A stretch of DNA of 64,000 nucleotides from the human T2T-CHM13v2.0 reference genome, Homo sapiens: assembly GCF_009914755.1 (NCBI RefSeq), contig NC_060937.1, one strand, 5' to 3'. Shown here one piece after another: positions 37,032 through 52,694 of the stretch. The first letter of the stretch is position 1; every line of letters starts with the position of its first letter. Below the pieces are notes generated by a model. That model worked only from the letters and a program-made list of their open reading frames with translations, had not been told where the DNA came from and searched no databases. The position numbers and the translations under genes were made by a program.

Positions 37032-38165
37032 TGAACAGACACTTCTCAAAAGAAGACATTTATGCAGCCAAACAACACATGAAAAAATGCTCATCATCAC
37101 TGGCCATCAGAGAAATGCAAATCAAAACCACAATGAGATACCATCTCACACCAGTTAGAATGGCAATCATTAAAAAGTCAGGAAACAACAGGTGCTGGAG
37201 AGGATGTGGAGAAATAGGAACACTTTTACACTGTTGGTGGGACTGTAAACTAGTTCAACCATTGTGGAAGTCAGTGTGGCGATTCCTCAGGGATCTAGAA
37301 CTAGAAATACCATTTGACCCAGCCATCCCATTACTGGGTATATACCCAAAGGACTATAAATCATGCTGCTATAAAGACACATGCACATGTATGTTTATTG
37401 CGGCATTATTCACAATAGCAAAGACTTGGAACCAACCCAAATGTCCAACAATGATAGACTGGATTAAGAAAATGTGGCACATATACACCATGGAATACTA
37501 TGCAGCCATAAAAAATGATGAGTTCACGTCCCTTGTAGGGACATGGATGAAATTGGAAATCATCATTCTCAGTAAACTATCGCAAGAACAAAAAACCAAA
37601 CACCGCATATTCTCACTCATAGGTGGGAATTGAACAATGAGAACACATGGACACAGGAAGGGGAACATCACACTCTGGGGACTGTTGTGGGGTGGGGGGA
37701 CGGGGGAGGGATAGCATTGGGAGATATACCTAACGCTAGATGACGAGTTAGTGGGTGCAGCGCACCAGCATGGCATATGTATACATATGTAACTAACCTG
37801 CACATTGTGCACATGTACCCTAAAATTTAAAGTATAATAATAATAAATTTAAAAAATAAAAAATAAAAAAATTAAAAAAAAAGAAAAAAAGCATTCCCTC
37901 ATTATCTAAGCAAATCAATCACATTCAGAAATATATTGAGCACCACAGACAACGTTATGATACAAGTTGATATGAGTTGTTTTGTATCCTCAAGGGTGCT
38001 TTTTGTGCAGAGAATACTCTTCAGAGGCTTACTTTGATTTTTAAAATATTCAACTTATTAAATTTAACTATGCAAAAAATAAGTTTTTCCTTAAAGCTTT
38101 CAGATTCAGCTAGTTTTTTTTTCTACTTATGAGCCTAGCAGATTTTAGAAGTCCCTTTTAAGAGA

Positions 38166-38781
<616 letters not shown>

Positions 38782-41517
38782 TAAAATAATGCTTGGTCCC
38801 AATTACAAACCTGGTTAATAAAATGCCACCACAATTTTGTAACCAACATTTATAAATTTAATATATTTTCTTCTTAGTTCTTGCCTTACTTAGTAAAGCA
38901 TAATTTACATATAATTACTTTTATAAACATAATAAATTAAGTTTACAAATAAGATAATATTAAATTTCTCCTAAGAGTTCCAATAAAGTACTTAACATGC
39001 ATTTTCATGCATGAAAAAAATCACAAGTCTAAATCATTCCATAATACATTTAAAGTGGAATTGCATGCATGTCACCCTCATTAGCCCATTTTCTTAAATA
39101 TTCCAAATACATAAAAAATAAATATGCAAATATACACATATCCTTTAACAGAAAAATATTACCAGTTTTTATCCTCTTAGACATGCCTAGCCTTAATTTT
39201 AAATCTCCCTGGAGTTAAAAGATCTGCTTAACTACTACAGAAAACACTTATCATCCAACTTAACCAAGGTAATAGTAAACCAGAAATTTCAGATGGTTTA
39301 AGATCTGGAGGTACAGACATACTTCTCACACCAAAAATTATACAATCCCATTTAATATGTTGGGGGTTGGATTCCTAGCATTTTGATGTTACCCACAACA
39401 GTTATTTAAGCTGGGATATTGAGTGGATTCTTGTCAGTGTTTCGGATGAGCCATACTAAATCTTATTTAGAGTTGCTAAGCCATTCATTCAATCATTTTG
39501 AGAGTGGGGCAAGGGGTGTGAAAACTACTAAACCTTTCACTAATGATGGAATTCCATCATTCCCAGGCAAGTTAATCACTGCCTGTATCTTGCTTTTCTT
39601 TGGCTCCACAGATAGGTCGTTGCCTTTACCATTAAATTCTAAAAATCTCTGAACTTGAAAAACCTAAGATACTTAATTTATTTTTTGCCTAACTCTAAAG
39701 ACTTTAAAACTTGACGAACAATGATATTTTTTCATATTATCAGGACTATACAACTTCTACTCTACAGATAATAAAATAGTGTCAGTTGAACTTTAGATAA
39801 ATTCTCACAGGTCTTTGTCCAGTTTATCGTCAACTTCTGAGATTATTCTACTGATTTATAAAACCAAGTGGATACTAAAAGCATGTGACATACTGCCAGC
39901 ATTCACCAAGCCTATAATTTAGCTGAATGTACATACATATTTTACAATTATACTAGACATCTCTTTCTGTTCACATAAACCCTACAACTAAAGCCTTGCT
40001 GAAGAAGAGTCCTCAACTCAAATATAAACAAGTCACACAAAGAAAACAAATTGTAAGATAAGCCCCTCAAGAACTGATAATAGAACTACAAAAATAATAT
40101 GCAGTGACAACAAAAATAAATAAGCTGAAAACCTTCCCACAATAAAACATGCAGGAATTCTAAGTAAAATGTAACCAATATCCTTTTACATACATAGCTG
40201 ATCTTACCATAAGGTAAGTGAAATACCTAACAGCCAAGAAAGAGAGAGAGAGAAATAGAAGCACATGAGCTAAAGACATGGCAGTCCTTCAGTGTTTTGG
40301 GCCTCAGACATCCGAGGGCTGGAGATTTATTGACACAAGTGAGATCTGAGACAGGGTCGTAGCCCCACACAAGTCAAAGAAGTTGAATTGAGACTACCAC
40401 ATAAAGCCAGGACCCTCAAAGGACAACCACCTTGGTAAAAGCGTAGAATTTTAAAGACAGAAGAAATAAAAGTACATTTTTCTACTTGGGTCTATGTTCT
40501 ACATTTGTGGAGTGAAGCGAAAGTGCCCCCTAGATATAGTAGCAAAGGGCCCATCCTCATGTGATTTATGACTCAATTTTACACTACCTTAAGCAGAGAA
40601 AGTGGGCCTAAAAGTGGGCCTACGCAGGTAACATCCCTAAGGCACCTGGCTGAAGCAAACACAGATGTCTCAGGAGTGACACCTTCTTCCAAACAAGCCA
40701 CATATTGAAATGACTTGTTAAACCCTTACTGAAGAAACATTCTCAACTTTACCACAAACAAGGCTCACCAGAAATAACAAAAAGCAAGATGACTCTCAAT
40801 AACTTTGATAAGAGAACTGCCAGCTATAGACTACAAAATAAATATGTTTAATATGATCAGAAGCATTTAAAAATTTTCGAGCAAAAGATGCACAAGTCTT
40901 AAGTAGTATAAATAAAAATAAATCTACATTTAAATAATTCACAGTGACACTGTTTAACACAAAGACAGAAAAAACCTTAAAACCAATGAGAAAAAAAGTT
41001 ACCTATAAACAAACAACAAACAGACTAATAACACAAGCCAGAAGACAAAATACTATTACTAATGTCATCTTCAAAGCATAGAGACTAACTACCAAACTAG
41101 TATTTTATACTAAAATATCATGTAAGAGTGACAGGAAAATACAGATATTTTGAGAAAAGAACTGTTAGTTTACCACTAATAGAGACCTTGGCTGTAAAAA
41201 CTACTATTCTTCAGCAAAGATGAAACTGAATCTAGAAATAGTGAAATGCAAGAAATGGTAAACAAAACCATTGGCAAACGCATGAATAAACCTAAATAAG
41301 CATTCTACTTACTCATTCTTTCAACAAATACTTACTGAATACTTACACTGTGGCAGGCAATATTCTTGGTGCTGGGGGTAAAGCAGCAAACAAATAAAAG
41401 GCCCTGACCTTACAAAGCTTACAATCTAGCAGGAATGGTAACACACACACAATATAGTATAATATATAATATAATAATATCAGGTGACAATGAGTACTAT
41501 AAAGAAAAATAAAGCTG

Positions 41518-43401
41518 CTCCCTCTCCCTCTCCCCCTCCCCCTCTCCCCACTGTCTCCCTCTCCCTCTCTTTCCATGGTCTCCCTCTGATGCCGAGCCGA
41601 AGCTGGACTGTACTGCTGCCATCTCGGCCCACTGCAACCTCCCTGCCTGATTCTCCTGCCTCAGCCTGCTGAGTGCCTGCGATTGCAGGCGCACGCAGCC
41701 ACGCCTGACTGGTTTTCGTATTTTTTTGGTGGAGACGGGGTTTCGCTGTGTTGGCCGGGCTGGTCTCCAGCTCCTAACCGCGAGTGATCCACCAGCCTCG
41801 GCCTCCCGAGGTGCCGGGATTGCAGACGGAGTCTGGTTCACTCAGTGCTCAATGGTGCCCAGGCTGGAGTGCAGTGGCGTGATCTCGGCTCGCTACAACC
41901 TCCGCCTGCCTTGGCCACCCAAAGTGCCGAGATTGCAGTCTCTGCCCGGCCGCCACCCCGTCTAGGAAGTGAGGAGCGTCTCTGCCTGGCTGCCCATCGT
42001 CTGGGACGTGAGGAGCCCCTCTGCCTGGCTGCCCAGTCTGGAAAGTGAGGAGCGTCTCTGCCCGGCCGCCATCCCATCTAGGAAGTGAGGAGCGCCTCTG
42101 CCTGGCCGCCCATCGTCTGGGATGTGAGGAGCGCCTCTACCCGGCCGCGACCCCGTCTGGGAGGTGAGGAGCGTCTCTGCCCGGCCGCCCCGTCTGAGAA
42201 GAGAGGAGACCCTCCGCCTGGCAACCGCCCCGTCTGAGAAGTGAGGAGCCCCTCCGCCCGGCAGCCGCCCCATCTGAGAAGTGAGGAGCCCCTCCGCCCG
42301 GCAGCCACCCCGTCTGGGAAGTGAGGAGCGTCTCCGCCCGGCAGCCACCCCGTCCAGGAGGGGGGGGTCAGCCCCCTGCCCGGCCAGCCGCCCCGTCCGG
42401 GAGGTGAGGGGCACCTCTGCCCGGCCACCCCTACTGGGAAGTGAGGAGCCCCTCTGCCCGGCCAGCCGCCCCGTCCGGGAGGGAGGTGGGGGTGTCAGCC
42501 CCCCGCCCGGCCAGCCGCCCCATCCGGGAGGGAGGTGGGGGGGGTCAGCCCCCCGCCCGGCCAGCCGCCCCGTCCGGGAGGTGAGGGGCGCCTCTGCCCG
42601 GCCGCCCCTACTGGGAAGTGAGGAGCCTCTCTGCCCAGCCAGCCGCCTCGTCCGGGAAGGAGGTGGGGGGTCAGCCCCCCGCCCGGCCAGCCGCCCCGTC
42701 CGGGAGGGAGGTTGGGGGGTCAGCCCCCCCGCCCGGCCAGCCACCCCGTCCAGGAGGGAGGTGGGGGGTCAGCCTCCCGCCCGGCCAGCCGCCCCACCCG
42801 GGAGGTGAGGGGCGCCTCTGCCCGGCCTCCCCTACTGGGAAGTGAGGAGCCCCTCTGCCCGGCCACCACCCCGTCTGGGAGGTGTACCCAACAGCTCATT
42901 GAGAACGGGCCATGATGACAATGGCGGTTTTGTGGAATAGAAAGCGGGGAAAGGTGGGGAAAAGATTGAGAAATCGGATGGTTGCCGTGTCTGTGTAGAA
43001 AGAGGTAGACATGGGAGACTTTTCATTTTGCTCTGTACTAAGAAAAATTCTTATCCTGTTGATCTGTGACCTTACCCCCAACCCTGTGCTCTCTGAAACA
43101 TGTGCTGTGTCCACTCAGGGTTAAATGGATTAAGGGCGGTGCAAGATGTGCTTTGTTAAACAGATGCTTGAAGGCAGCATGCTCCTTAAGAGTCATCACC
43201 ACTCCCTAATCTCAAGTACCCAGGGACACAAACACTGCGGAAGGCCGCAGGGTCCTCTGCCTAGGAAAACCAGAGACCTTTGTTCACTTGTTTATCTGCT
43301 GACCTTCCCTCCACTATTGTCCTATGACCCTGCCAAATCCCCCTCTGCGAGAAACACCCAAGAATGAACAATAAACAAAAAATAATAAAATAAAAAAAAA
43401 A
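41518..43401 (+). mobile_element. Full-length SVA retrotransposon (C/D-like; subfamily uncertain), antisense to KATNAL1
   Basis: Short CCCTCT hexamer head, Alu-like domain, GC-rich VNTR (~41940-42880), SINE-R, AATAAA and A-tail. Perfect 17-bp TSD aaagaaaaataaagctg at 41501-41517 and 43402-43418. Confidence 0.97.
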
Positions 43402-43770
43402 AAAGAAAAATAAAGCTGACTAAGGGAACAAGAGTGGTGACAGTGAAGGGGTAAATATTTTAAATAAGGTGGTCAGGGTAGGGCTTTCTATGTGAGTGAC
43501 ATTTGAACAAATGAGGTGAGGGCATTTGCCATGTGAACATCAAGTGGGGTGGAAGTAAGGGATAGGCAATGAAAATGGCAAACACATCCTGAGCTCTTCC
43601 TATGTGTCCAGATGTTCTTCACACTTTACATGGGTTAAATCATTTAATTCTCATAATAACCCTACGAAGTAATTTTCATACTGATCCCCAACTTATAGAG
43701 GAGGAAAATGAGGGACAGGTTGAATGATTTGTCCTCAGAGAAGCCATGTGGTAGGGCTAGGACAAGAACC

Positions 43771-44168
43771 TGTTCTTGCACTGCTATAAAGAAATACCTG
43801 AGACTGGGTAATTTACAAAGAAAAGAAGTGTAATTGGTTCACAGTTCAGCAGGCTGTACAGGAAACTGGCATCTGCTCAGCTTCTGGAGAGGCCTCAGGA
43901 AACTTACAATCATGGCAGAAGGTGAAGGGGAAGAAGACACATCACATGGCCAGAGCAGCAAGAGGTTGGGGGGTGCGGGCGGAAGGTCAGGGAGGTGCTA
44001 CACACTTTTTAACAACCAGATCTCTTGAGAACCCTATCATGAGAACAGCACCAAAGGGGGAAATCCACCCCCATGATCTAATCACCTTCCACCAGGCCCC
44101 TCCACCAACATTAGAGATTACAATTCAACATGAGATGTAGGCAGGGACATAGATCCAAACTATATCAG
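43771..44168 (-). mobile_element. MST-type MaLR solo LTR
   Basis: gctataaagaaatacctgagactgggtaattt...acatagatccaaactatatca. Confidence 0.82.
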
Positions 44169-44581
44169 AACCCTTGTAGCCTGGTGGATTGTCAAGTTCT
44201 GTGCAAAGAAAACATGAGCTCCTGGAGGGTAAGGACCTTCTTTCTACTGCTCTTTGGCTCCATAGGGCTCACAAAGCTAAGGACTAGGGAGCAACAAGTG
44301 GAAGAGATAAAAGAAGCTGCAGTCAGAATAAAAGAAAAGAGGAAAAAAAAAAAAAAAAAAAAAACAGAGTTGTGTAATGTCACAGAAGCCTTAGGAGGGA
44401 AAAAGAGAGTTCCAAAGAAGATGGTCAACATTATCAAGTATTATGAAGGTTAAACAATGTAAGTCCAGAGAAGAGGCATTTTCATTATTAAGTGAGGAAG
44501 TTATTTGGTATTTTCAAGAATTCAGTCCTAATACTGCAATGACTGAAGAGCAGCAGGATTTCTTGTAATTAAGAAAAAAGG

Positions 44582-44915
<334 letters not shown>

Positions 44916-47338
44916 CTACACCTTAAACAGCAGTTTGCAAGGAAGAGGGGAGATGACAATCACTAACATGCAGCAAGGCAAAGATCTTTTCAACAAAAAT
45001 GTAAAAGTAACGTGTTATGGCTTCATTCTGACTTACCACTATCTTGTTCCCACTACTTAATCTTTAATGAATTATAATTTCTGTCTTTCAGTTGCCTTTT
45101 CTGTAACATTAAAAAAAAAGACAGAAATGCCAAGTTTTTAGGCACTTATTGTATTACATACCTAGAACTGGAGAATGGAAACTTAAGAGTGACCACTGAG
45201 TTCTATAAAATAATATAAACGCTCGCCAGAGAAATCTTACATAAAAGGAACAATAAAATAAAATAACCAAATGGAACGTCCTCCCACCCTTGGAACACAC
45301 TGGATCAGAATTTAGACCCTGAAAAACACCCTCTGTTCTCAATCTCAGATAGTCTTGCTTACATTTTTCTCCTTGCTGAAATGATTGCATAAGCGCTCAC
45401 CTCTATATCTGCCCACCTCTCTACAACCACACCCTTACATACCCCTGCCTCCCTACTGTGACTCTGAGCCAGCTGCCCATGCACTCCCTCTACATGTGCA
45501 TTAGATCCCATCTCCTCTTGTCACCTCAAGGGCATTGCTCCAGCAGTTGTCCATCTAGCCCATGCATCATCAACTTTCCTCTTTCTACTGCAGCATTCCC
45601 ATCAGCACACAAACATCCTGTTATTCCTTTCTCTCTAAAACAACAAACCTCAACTACTTGTCTTCCCCAGCTAGCATTCACTTTCCTGGCTCCCTTTTTC
45701 AGCCAGACTCATTGAGGGAGCTGTGCATACTTATCATCTTCTGCTCCTCTCTCTGCGTTCTCTGAACCCATTCCATCATTCTCTACCATTTCACCAAAAC
45801 TGTGCAACAAGGCCACCAGTGATCTCCTGCTGCTAAATCCATGCCAATTCTCAATCCTTATCCTATCTGACCTACACTCATTTGATAAAGTAACTTAGAA
45901 TCTTTAAGCCTCAGTGTCGTCTTCTAAAAAATAGGGATGGTAACAATAGTACCTATTTTAAGGATGGCTATGAAGATTTAAAAAGAAACCACGTAAAAGC
46001 ACAATACCTGGTTCACAGTTAAGAACTCACTAAATGTCAGTTATTAGTGTGCTTAATCAGCCCTGCTACTTACATTCTACTCAGTCTAAAAATAGGGTCC
46101 ATCCCATACTTCAGAAACAGAATTTTAGAAGATAATATGACTCCAGAATTTTAAGAAAATGAGTATAATCTCAATCTGCCAATAGTATTAGGCAAATAAC
46201 CTATTCCATCATATAAAGAATGAACTTAAAATTTCTTTGTCATTAGTTCCTGATGATTCTGAAATAACTACACGAATCCTAATCTCTCTCAAAGTCTGGT
46301 TCTCATTTCTAACTCCTATTCAACAGCTTGATCTAGATATTATCTGCTCCAATTTTTCTCTCATTCTGTGTATCTCATTAATCACCAAATCCAGTCCATT
46401 CTAACTCAGTAATGGCTCTCACACCCATCTACAAAATCGTAAGCCTAAGAGAGCAGGGAACATGTCTATTTCTGCATCCCACCGTATGTGGGACGGCACC
46501 AGGCACAATACTAGGCATCCAGAGGCCAGCATCCTACAAAGCAATCTCACTTCAATATACATTTTACAGAAAGGAAAATGAGGTATACAGAAAGGAACTT
46601 GCAGGATCACTAAATTAGTAGTGGAACTGATAGAAAAACTTGCTCCCCAACCTTCTAATCCCAGGAAAATAACTGAGCCAGAGCCTGGGTGAAATACCTG
46701 TATGTATGAATGATAGTTTATTCTCTATCAGTACTTGACTTTGACCTTAATTGATCTTTTCACTGCAATTTGGGATGTAAAATACTGCCAGTTAATCTCT
46801 CTGAGTACCCAAAGAAACATAAGACAACAACTTTAATACCAAGTCAATAAAAATTTCCTCTTTGCTGAAATTCTACAGAATAGCACTAATTTGATCTTAA
46901 AAAAAAATCAATCTTCCTATCTATATGTATACAGAAACACAGTATACCATTGCCCTTGGTTCTTGAGAAGGCCTATTAGAGTTTTAGCACACCTATACAG
47001 AAGAAATAAAATAATTTCAGGCTTGTGTGTCCTGTTCTTACTGCTACCTCTCCCAAAAGATGTAACTTTGAAAGACCTACCACTTGGAATAAATTGGTAC
47101 TACATATCCATTATAAAGAACAGTATGGAGAGTCCTCAAAAAATTAAATAGAACTACCTTATGATCCAGCAATCCCACTTCTGAGCATACAGCCAAAGAA
47201 AATGAAATCAGTGTGTCAGATCTCTGCACTCTCATGTTCATTTCAGCATTACTGTAATAGCCAAATATGGAAACAAACTAAACATACATTGACAGATGAA
47301 TGGATAAAGAAAATGTGTGCATATATGTTGGGGGCGGG

Positions 47339-47363
47339 GTGTGTGCACACACATACGCGCGCG

Positions 47364-47423
<60 letters not shown>
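47339..47423. repeat. Compound microsatellite (GT)3..(CG)8(CA)26
   Basis: Read directly from the sequence. Confidence 0.97.
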
Positions 47424-47425
<2 letters not shown>

Positions 47426-47520
47426 AATATTATTCAACCTTAAGAGAAGGAAATCCTACCATTTCCTTGTGGCAGGTGAAACAGGCCAGATACAGAAAGA
47501 CACATACTACGTGATCTGAC

Positions 47521-47958
47521 TGTGTTAGTCTGTTTTTGTTTTTTGTTTGTTTTTGTTTTGCATTGCTATACAGAAATACCTGAGGATGGGTAATTTATAA
47601 ATAGAGGTTTACTTGACTCATAGTTCTGCAGGCTGTACAAGCACAACACCAACATCTGCTTGGCTTATGGTGAGACCTCAGGAAGCTTACAACCATGGCA
47701 GAAGGCAAAGGGGGAAGCCAGCATATCACATGGCAAAAGAGTGAGCAAGAGAGGTTGCGGGGGCAGTGCTGCACTCTTGTAAACAATCAGATCTCATGTG
47801 AACTGAGCAAGAACTCATTCATTACCAAGGAAATGGTACTAAGCCATTCATGAGGAATCTGTCCCCATGATCCTGTATCTCCCACCAGGCCCCATCTCCA
47901 ACAATGGAGGTCACATTTCAACATGGGATTAATGGGACAAACATCAAAACCATATTAC
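47521..47958 (-). mobile_element. MST-type MaLR solo LTR
   Basis: tgtgttagtctg...gaaatacctgaggatgggtaattt...caaacatcaaaaccatatta. Confidence 0.8.
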
Positions 47959-50171
47959 TCACTTATATGTGAAATATAAAAAGAGTCAAACTCATAGAAA
48001 GAGAGTAGAGTGGTTATTACCAGGGGCTAGGGGAGAAGAAAATGGGGTGATATTGGTCAAAGGGTACAAAGTTTCAGTCATGCAAGATAAGTTCTAGATA
48101 TCTAATGTACAGCAAGGTGACTGTAGTTAACAATACTGTATACCTGAATCTGCTAAGAGGGTAGATCTTAAGTGTTCTCACCACAAAATGAAAAACAAAA
48201 GAAATGTGAGGTAATTGATATGCTAATTAGCTTATTGTGATAAATATTTCAAAAAATATATATATATATCAAATAATCAACCTGTATACCTTAAATATAT
48301 ACAATTTTTAATTGTCAATTATACCTCAATAAAGTTGGGGGAAAAAAGGACCTACCATATTTATTTTTTAAGCTAAATAAAGAATAGCTTATTGAATATA
48401 TACCATGTTGAATACTGCTGCAATATAGAAAATACTACTTTCATGGCTTCAGGTATTACTGGAAGAAACCAACTCATTAAAGAAAATGTAGTTAATAAGC
48501 CTACATGTAAACTATTATAAAATCATTTCGTTAATACAAGAAATATTTTAGGACACCAAGAATGAGCTAGAGACTTCATCTCTTTGGAGTTTAATTCTAA
48601 AATTTCCACTACCTACCACCACGATCCTACTTTTGTAGCTCAGTTTCCTCACATTTAAGGCAATCAATCAAAATTTTAAAATATTATTTTGATTTATCCA
48701 AGCAACTGCTGGTGATTTAAACCTTAATTATGATTAAACTCAGCAGATGCATGACACAGAAGTAGAACTTCAAACAATGTGGCAAAACCACCGATGGAAA
48801 ACCACAGTACACAGATTACCTTGGTAGTCAGCAATAGGAATGGAGAAGTGTGTGTTAAAAGTCAATGAAGTGAAAAGAACAGAACCATAAACAGAGCTAC
48901 CAAATTAGTGGCTAATGCCAATCACATCAGAAGCATCTCTGAAATGCTTTGTATAAAACAGGGTAAATTACAAGGTGAGAGATGGCAAAAAAAAAAAAAA
49001 AGAAAAAACAAAACAAGATGAAGTAAATATTATATTTTCCTATTGACTTAAATTGTAATTTCAGTGTGGTACTTGCTTAGAAAGTTCTTTTTAGTTACCT
49101 TTAAAATATCAAAATTTCATTAAGCATTTTCAGTTTCTTTATTCTTCCACCACTAGTAAGAATGTTAACAAGTAGATAATACCAGGATATACAGACGTGT
49201 ATCAAAATATACCCATAACATACCCACTGAGTATATATGCAAAAGTAATATAGCAGAGTGCATACAAATAAGACTCCTGAAGATGAAAGAGACTTGGGTT
49301 CAAATCCTGGCTCTGCTACTTTCTTGTTCAGATGACTTTGGAAAAATTACAAACTATAAGCTTCAGTTTCCTCTACTGTAAATGGGGTTCATAATAATAA
49401 ATTAGTGATGATAATATGCATATACAATAACAGTACCTAAACTTCATGGGATCACTTGAGTTTTAAATAAAATAATGCATATAACACATACAGGAAGTGA
49501 CTAATAATTATTAGCTATCATCCTTTCCCTGAAAATAATCACCAACTGCTTAAGACTTGGACATTTAAAAAGCCATATCCTCTCTGCAGAGTTATTGAAA
49601 TGTTTCAGGAAACTAAGGAATTATGAAGAATCTGCAGGGAGAAAATAAAATGACTTGTTTTATGAATGAGGCTATCATTTTTAACTGTTATTCTTGCTAT
49701 TTCTCTGAAAGAATGCTGTAGTCCTTTATTTCAGAGGTGACCATTAATTTTAATTACTTATTACATGCCAGTTGCTGTCTTAATTTTTTTTATTCAATTC
49801 CATGAAGTAGAGATCCCCATTTTACAGATAGTGAGACTAATGTTTAGAGAGGTTAAATAGCTTGCTCAAGGTCACAAAGCAAGTAGGTTTCAGAAGCAGA
49901 ATTCACAATCTCATCAACTCAAGTCAAACGTCTTTCCATTAAACCAAGAATATCCAATGACTGTTATCTAACATTCACTATCGCTAAGTGAAAATCTTAT
50001 TATATTTGTTTTATGTGACCTGGAGAAGAAACGAAGTTTATAAAACAAGAAAAATATTATTATACAACTCTAACCTTCCATAACCTTTAAGTCTAAATTT
50101 GCAATCTGAATATTTATTTTATCAGCCCTTGCATACATTCTGTGCCACAAACCAGCATAAGATTTAATTCA

Positions 50172-50490
<319 letters not shown>

Positions 50491-52533
50491 TCATTAACAT
50501 TTGCCTTATATTGTTAATTGATGAAGGACCCACTGTTGTTGCTTACATAGAAACTTTATTCATAAAGTTTTAAACTATTAATCCCATGCTATTACTCAAT
50601 GTATTATATTTCCTTCTCTAGTAGAACCTTGTGGAGTTGTTGTTTTCTTATTGTTGTTGATGGTATACATGGGAATGAAAATCTTTTTTTTTCCAGACAA
50701 TATACAATCTGAGATTTGCTTTTATTCAGGGTTTCTGATCCAAAGAGGAAAAAAAAAACACACATACAATGGCTATGCACAAAGAAAACTTTTTTAAAAA
50801 TTTAGTACAAAGAAAGGAGAATCAGAGAAATACATTCTGGTCCATTCATCTTTCACTTTCATTTAGAAAAGGGATTTAAAAACAAGTACAAAAATAAGTC
50901 AGATCTATGTTATGAACAGTTAAGAAAGGACAAAGAAAAGAAAATAACTGGACTAGTGTCACTGTAGTGATATGTTTTGAGATTAGTAGTCATCAATGGG
51001 AAAATGTCATCCACAACTTTTTATTCAGTTTGAGCCATCAATGTTAGTTATTATCTGCGGACACTGCTGTTTGAAATGAATCATGGTGCTCTAGCAATTC
51101 AGAGCAGATAGTCCTATATTTGAAGTTATTATCAGCTCTTAGGTTTAAACTAGAAGTATATTTCAGAATTAATGACTTTCAGTAAAAAACAAGGTATTTC
51201 ATTGTACATACATACAGGAAAATTTCAAGTTATAGTAGGCTAAAATGTCATTCTTTCTTTCAGTATTTATTTTGGAACTTCCATGGTAACACTGTATGAC
51301 TCTTAAAACACTGCCTTTTGAGGGATATGGGTTACCCTAGTATAAAACACCTGAAGGTGGTTACATCAGAGGAAAAATACATTGTTGTAGACCTTAAAAA
51401 AGAATCCTCATCTACTGTTTTCACAATGAAAATCACAAAATTATCTGTAATTCAGTGGAAAAAATCCAAAGGAATAAATTAAATGCTTTTCATAGTTCTT
51501 AAAATGTTTTTAGAAAATTTCAACAGATGATTACAGTTACTGGCCAAAGGAAAACGTATTTTCTACGGTGCAATACTCTGGCCATAATAAAGCAGACAGA
51601 AAGCCAGAAAGACCTAAACTCACATCCTGATCTAGCATGATTAGGGCCTCTCAGGCTTCAGTTTCCTTGTGAAACTAATGGTGTTAACTCATTCAATGTT
51701 GGTTGAATGCCTACTACGTGCCAAACCCTGCGTTAGCAATGAAAGTTTATTATTTAATTTTTAAGTAAATAAAACCATGGTCCTTGTCCTTGCAAATCTT
51801 TTGAAGCAACAAATAAATGCAACATGATAACCACTATGAACAAACTGCTATGTCTGGGCAAATCAAAAGAGGCTGCAGAGGGGATAGTCAGTTGAGTTGA
51901 GACTTGAATGAATATGAGTTGTTTAGAGATGGGGATTATGGGTATTCCTTGAAGAAAGAAGAGACTGCACAGACAAGATGACCAAAAAAAGGCAAAAAGA
52001 GAGAGGTTTAACGTAAATGATGCACAGGCTGGGTATTAGAGAAAACTGGTGGGAGATGCCACACTGAGGAATGTAACCTTTAAGTAATAAGCCTCTTAAA
52101 CATTATCGGTAAGGTTCCTTCTACACTAAAACTCTGGAAATTGACTGTAGGCCCAACTAGGAAAATTCAATTTCTCCACTACTTCATTTGAAGTTGTTAG
52201 AGTCTCCTCAAGCAAAAAAGCAAAACTATCCAAGTTTTGATGCTGCCATTACGAAACCCAAAAGACCTCTCTTAACTGATAAATTTTAGGACTAGCAATA
52301 GGCATCTATTGTTATTAGCGTAATAAAGCATTCTAAAAGCAAGATATGTAACAAGTCATTTACTTCTGTACTTTATCAAATACAAAACTGTAAATGTATA
52401 AATGTGAATATTAAAAACAGATACTGAAATTACATGTCCCCAAAAATAATTTTTCATACTTTGTTCAAAACATGCTTCACTGTGAACATCAATTAACTAG
52501 AAGCACCTAAAGAGAATATAAAGTCCTATTTAC

Positions 52534-52694
52534 CTGTGTTCTGCAGGAACAGGGGGTGGCCAAACAGCAGGATCTCTAAATGGTTCATCTTGACAGGACA
52601 CAGGGAAATCTGGAGGCTTGTCAATTTTAAAACTTTCTAAAGTGCTGACAATACTTTTAACTTGTTCATATTCCTCCAATAATTCCTGCCGAAC
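52534..52694 (-). CDS. KATNAL1: KATNAL1 exon 3 (VRQELLEEYEQ...WPPPVPAEH-R), 161 nt
   Basis: Acceptor T12-AAG|GTT and donor CACAG|GTAAAT. In frame with exon 2; ends in phase 2. Confidence 0.96.

Larger units (their letters stand above)
47090..48345 (+). mobile_element. Old L1M 3' end, interrupted by a microsatellite and an MST LTR
   Basis: tatgatccagcaatcccacttctg, gatgaatggataaagaaaatgtg and ...gtcaattatacctcaataaag. Confidence 0.8.

Noticed and set aside
40599-40622. 12-bp tandem repeat aaagtgggccta x2
   Set aside because: Ordinary slippage duplication in degenerate repeat-like sequence.
41962-42845. 260-aa and 175-aa G/R/P-rich ORFs and a CpG-island-like stretch
   Set aside because: By-products of the SVA VNTR.
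41940-42880. Regularly spaced repeats that could be mistaken for a CRISPR array
   Set aside because: SVA VNTR units with no unique spacers, in a primate intron.
47202-47519. His-Thr and Cys-Val repeat ORFs
   Set aside because: Translations of the (CG)n(CA)n microsatellite.
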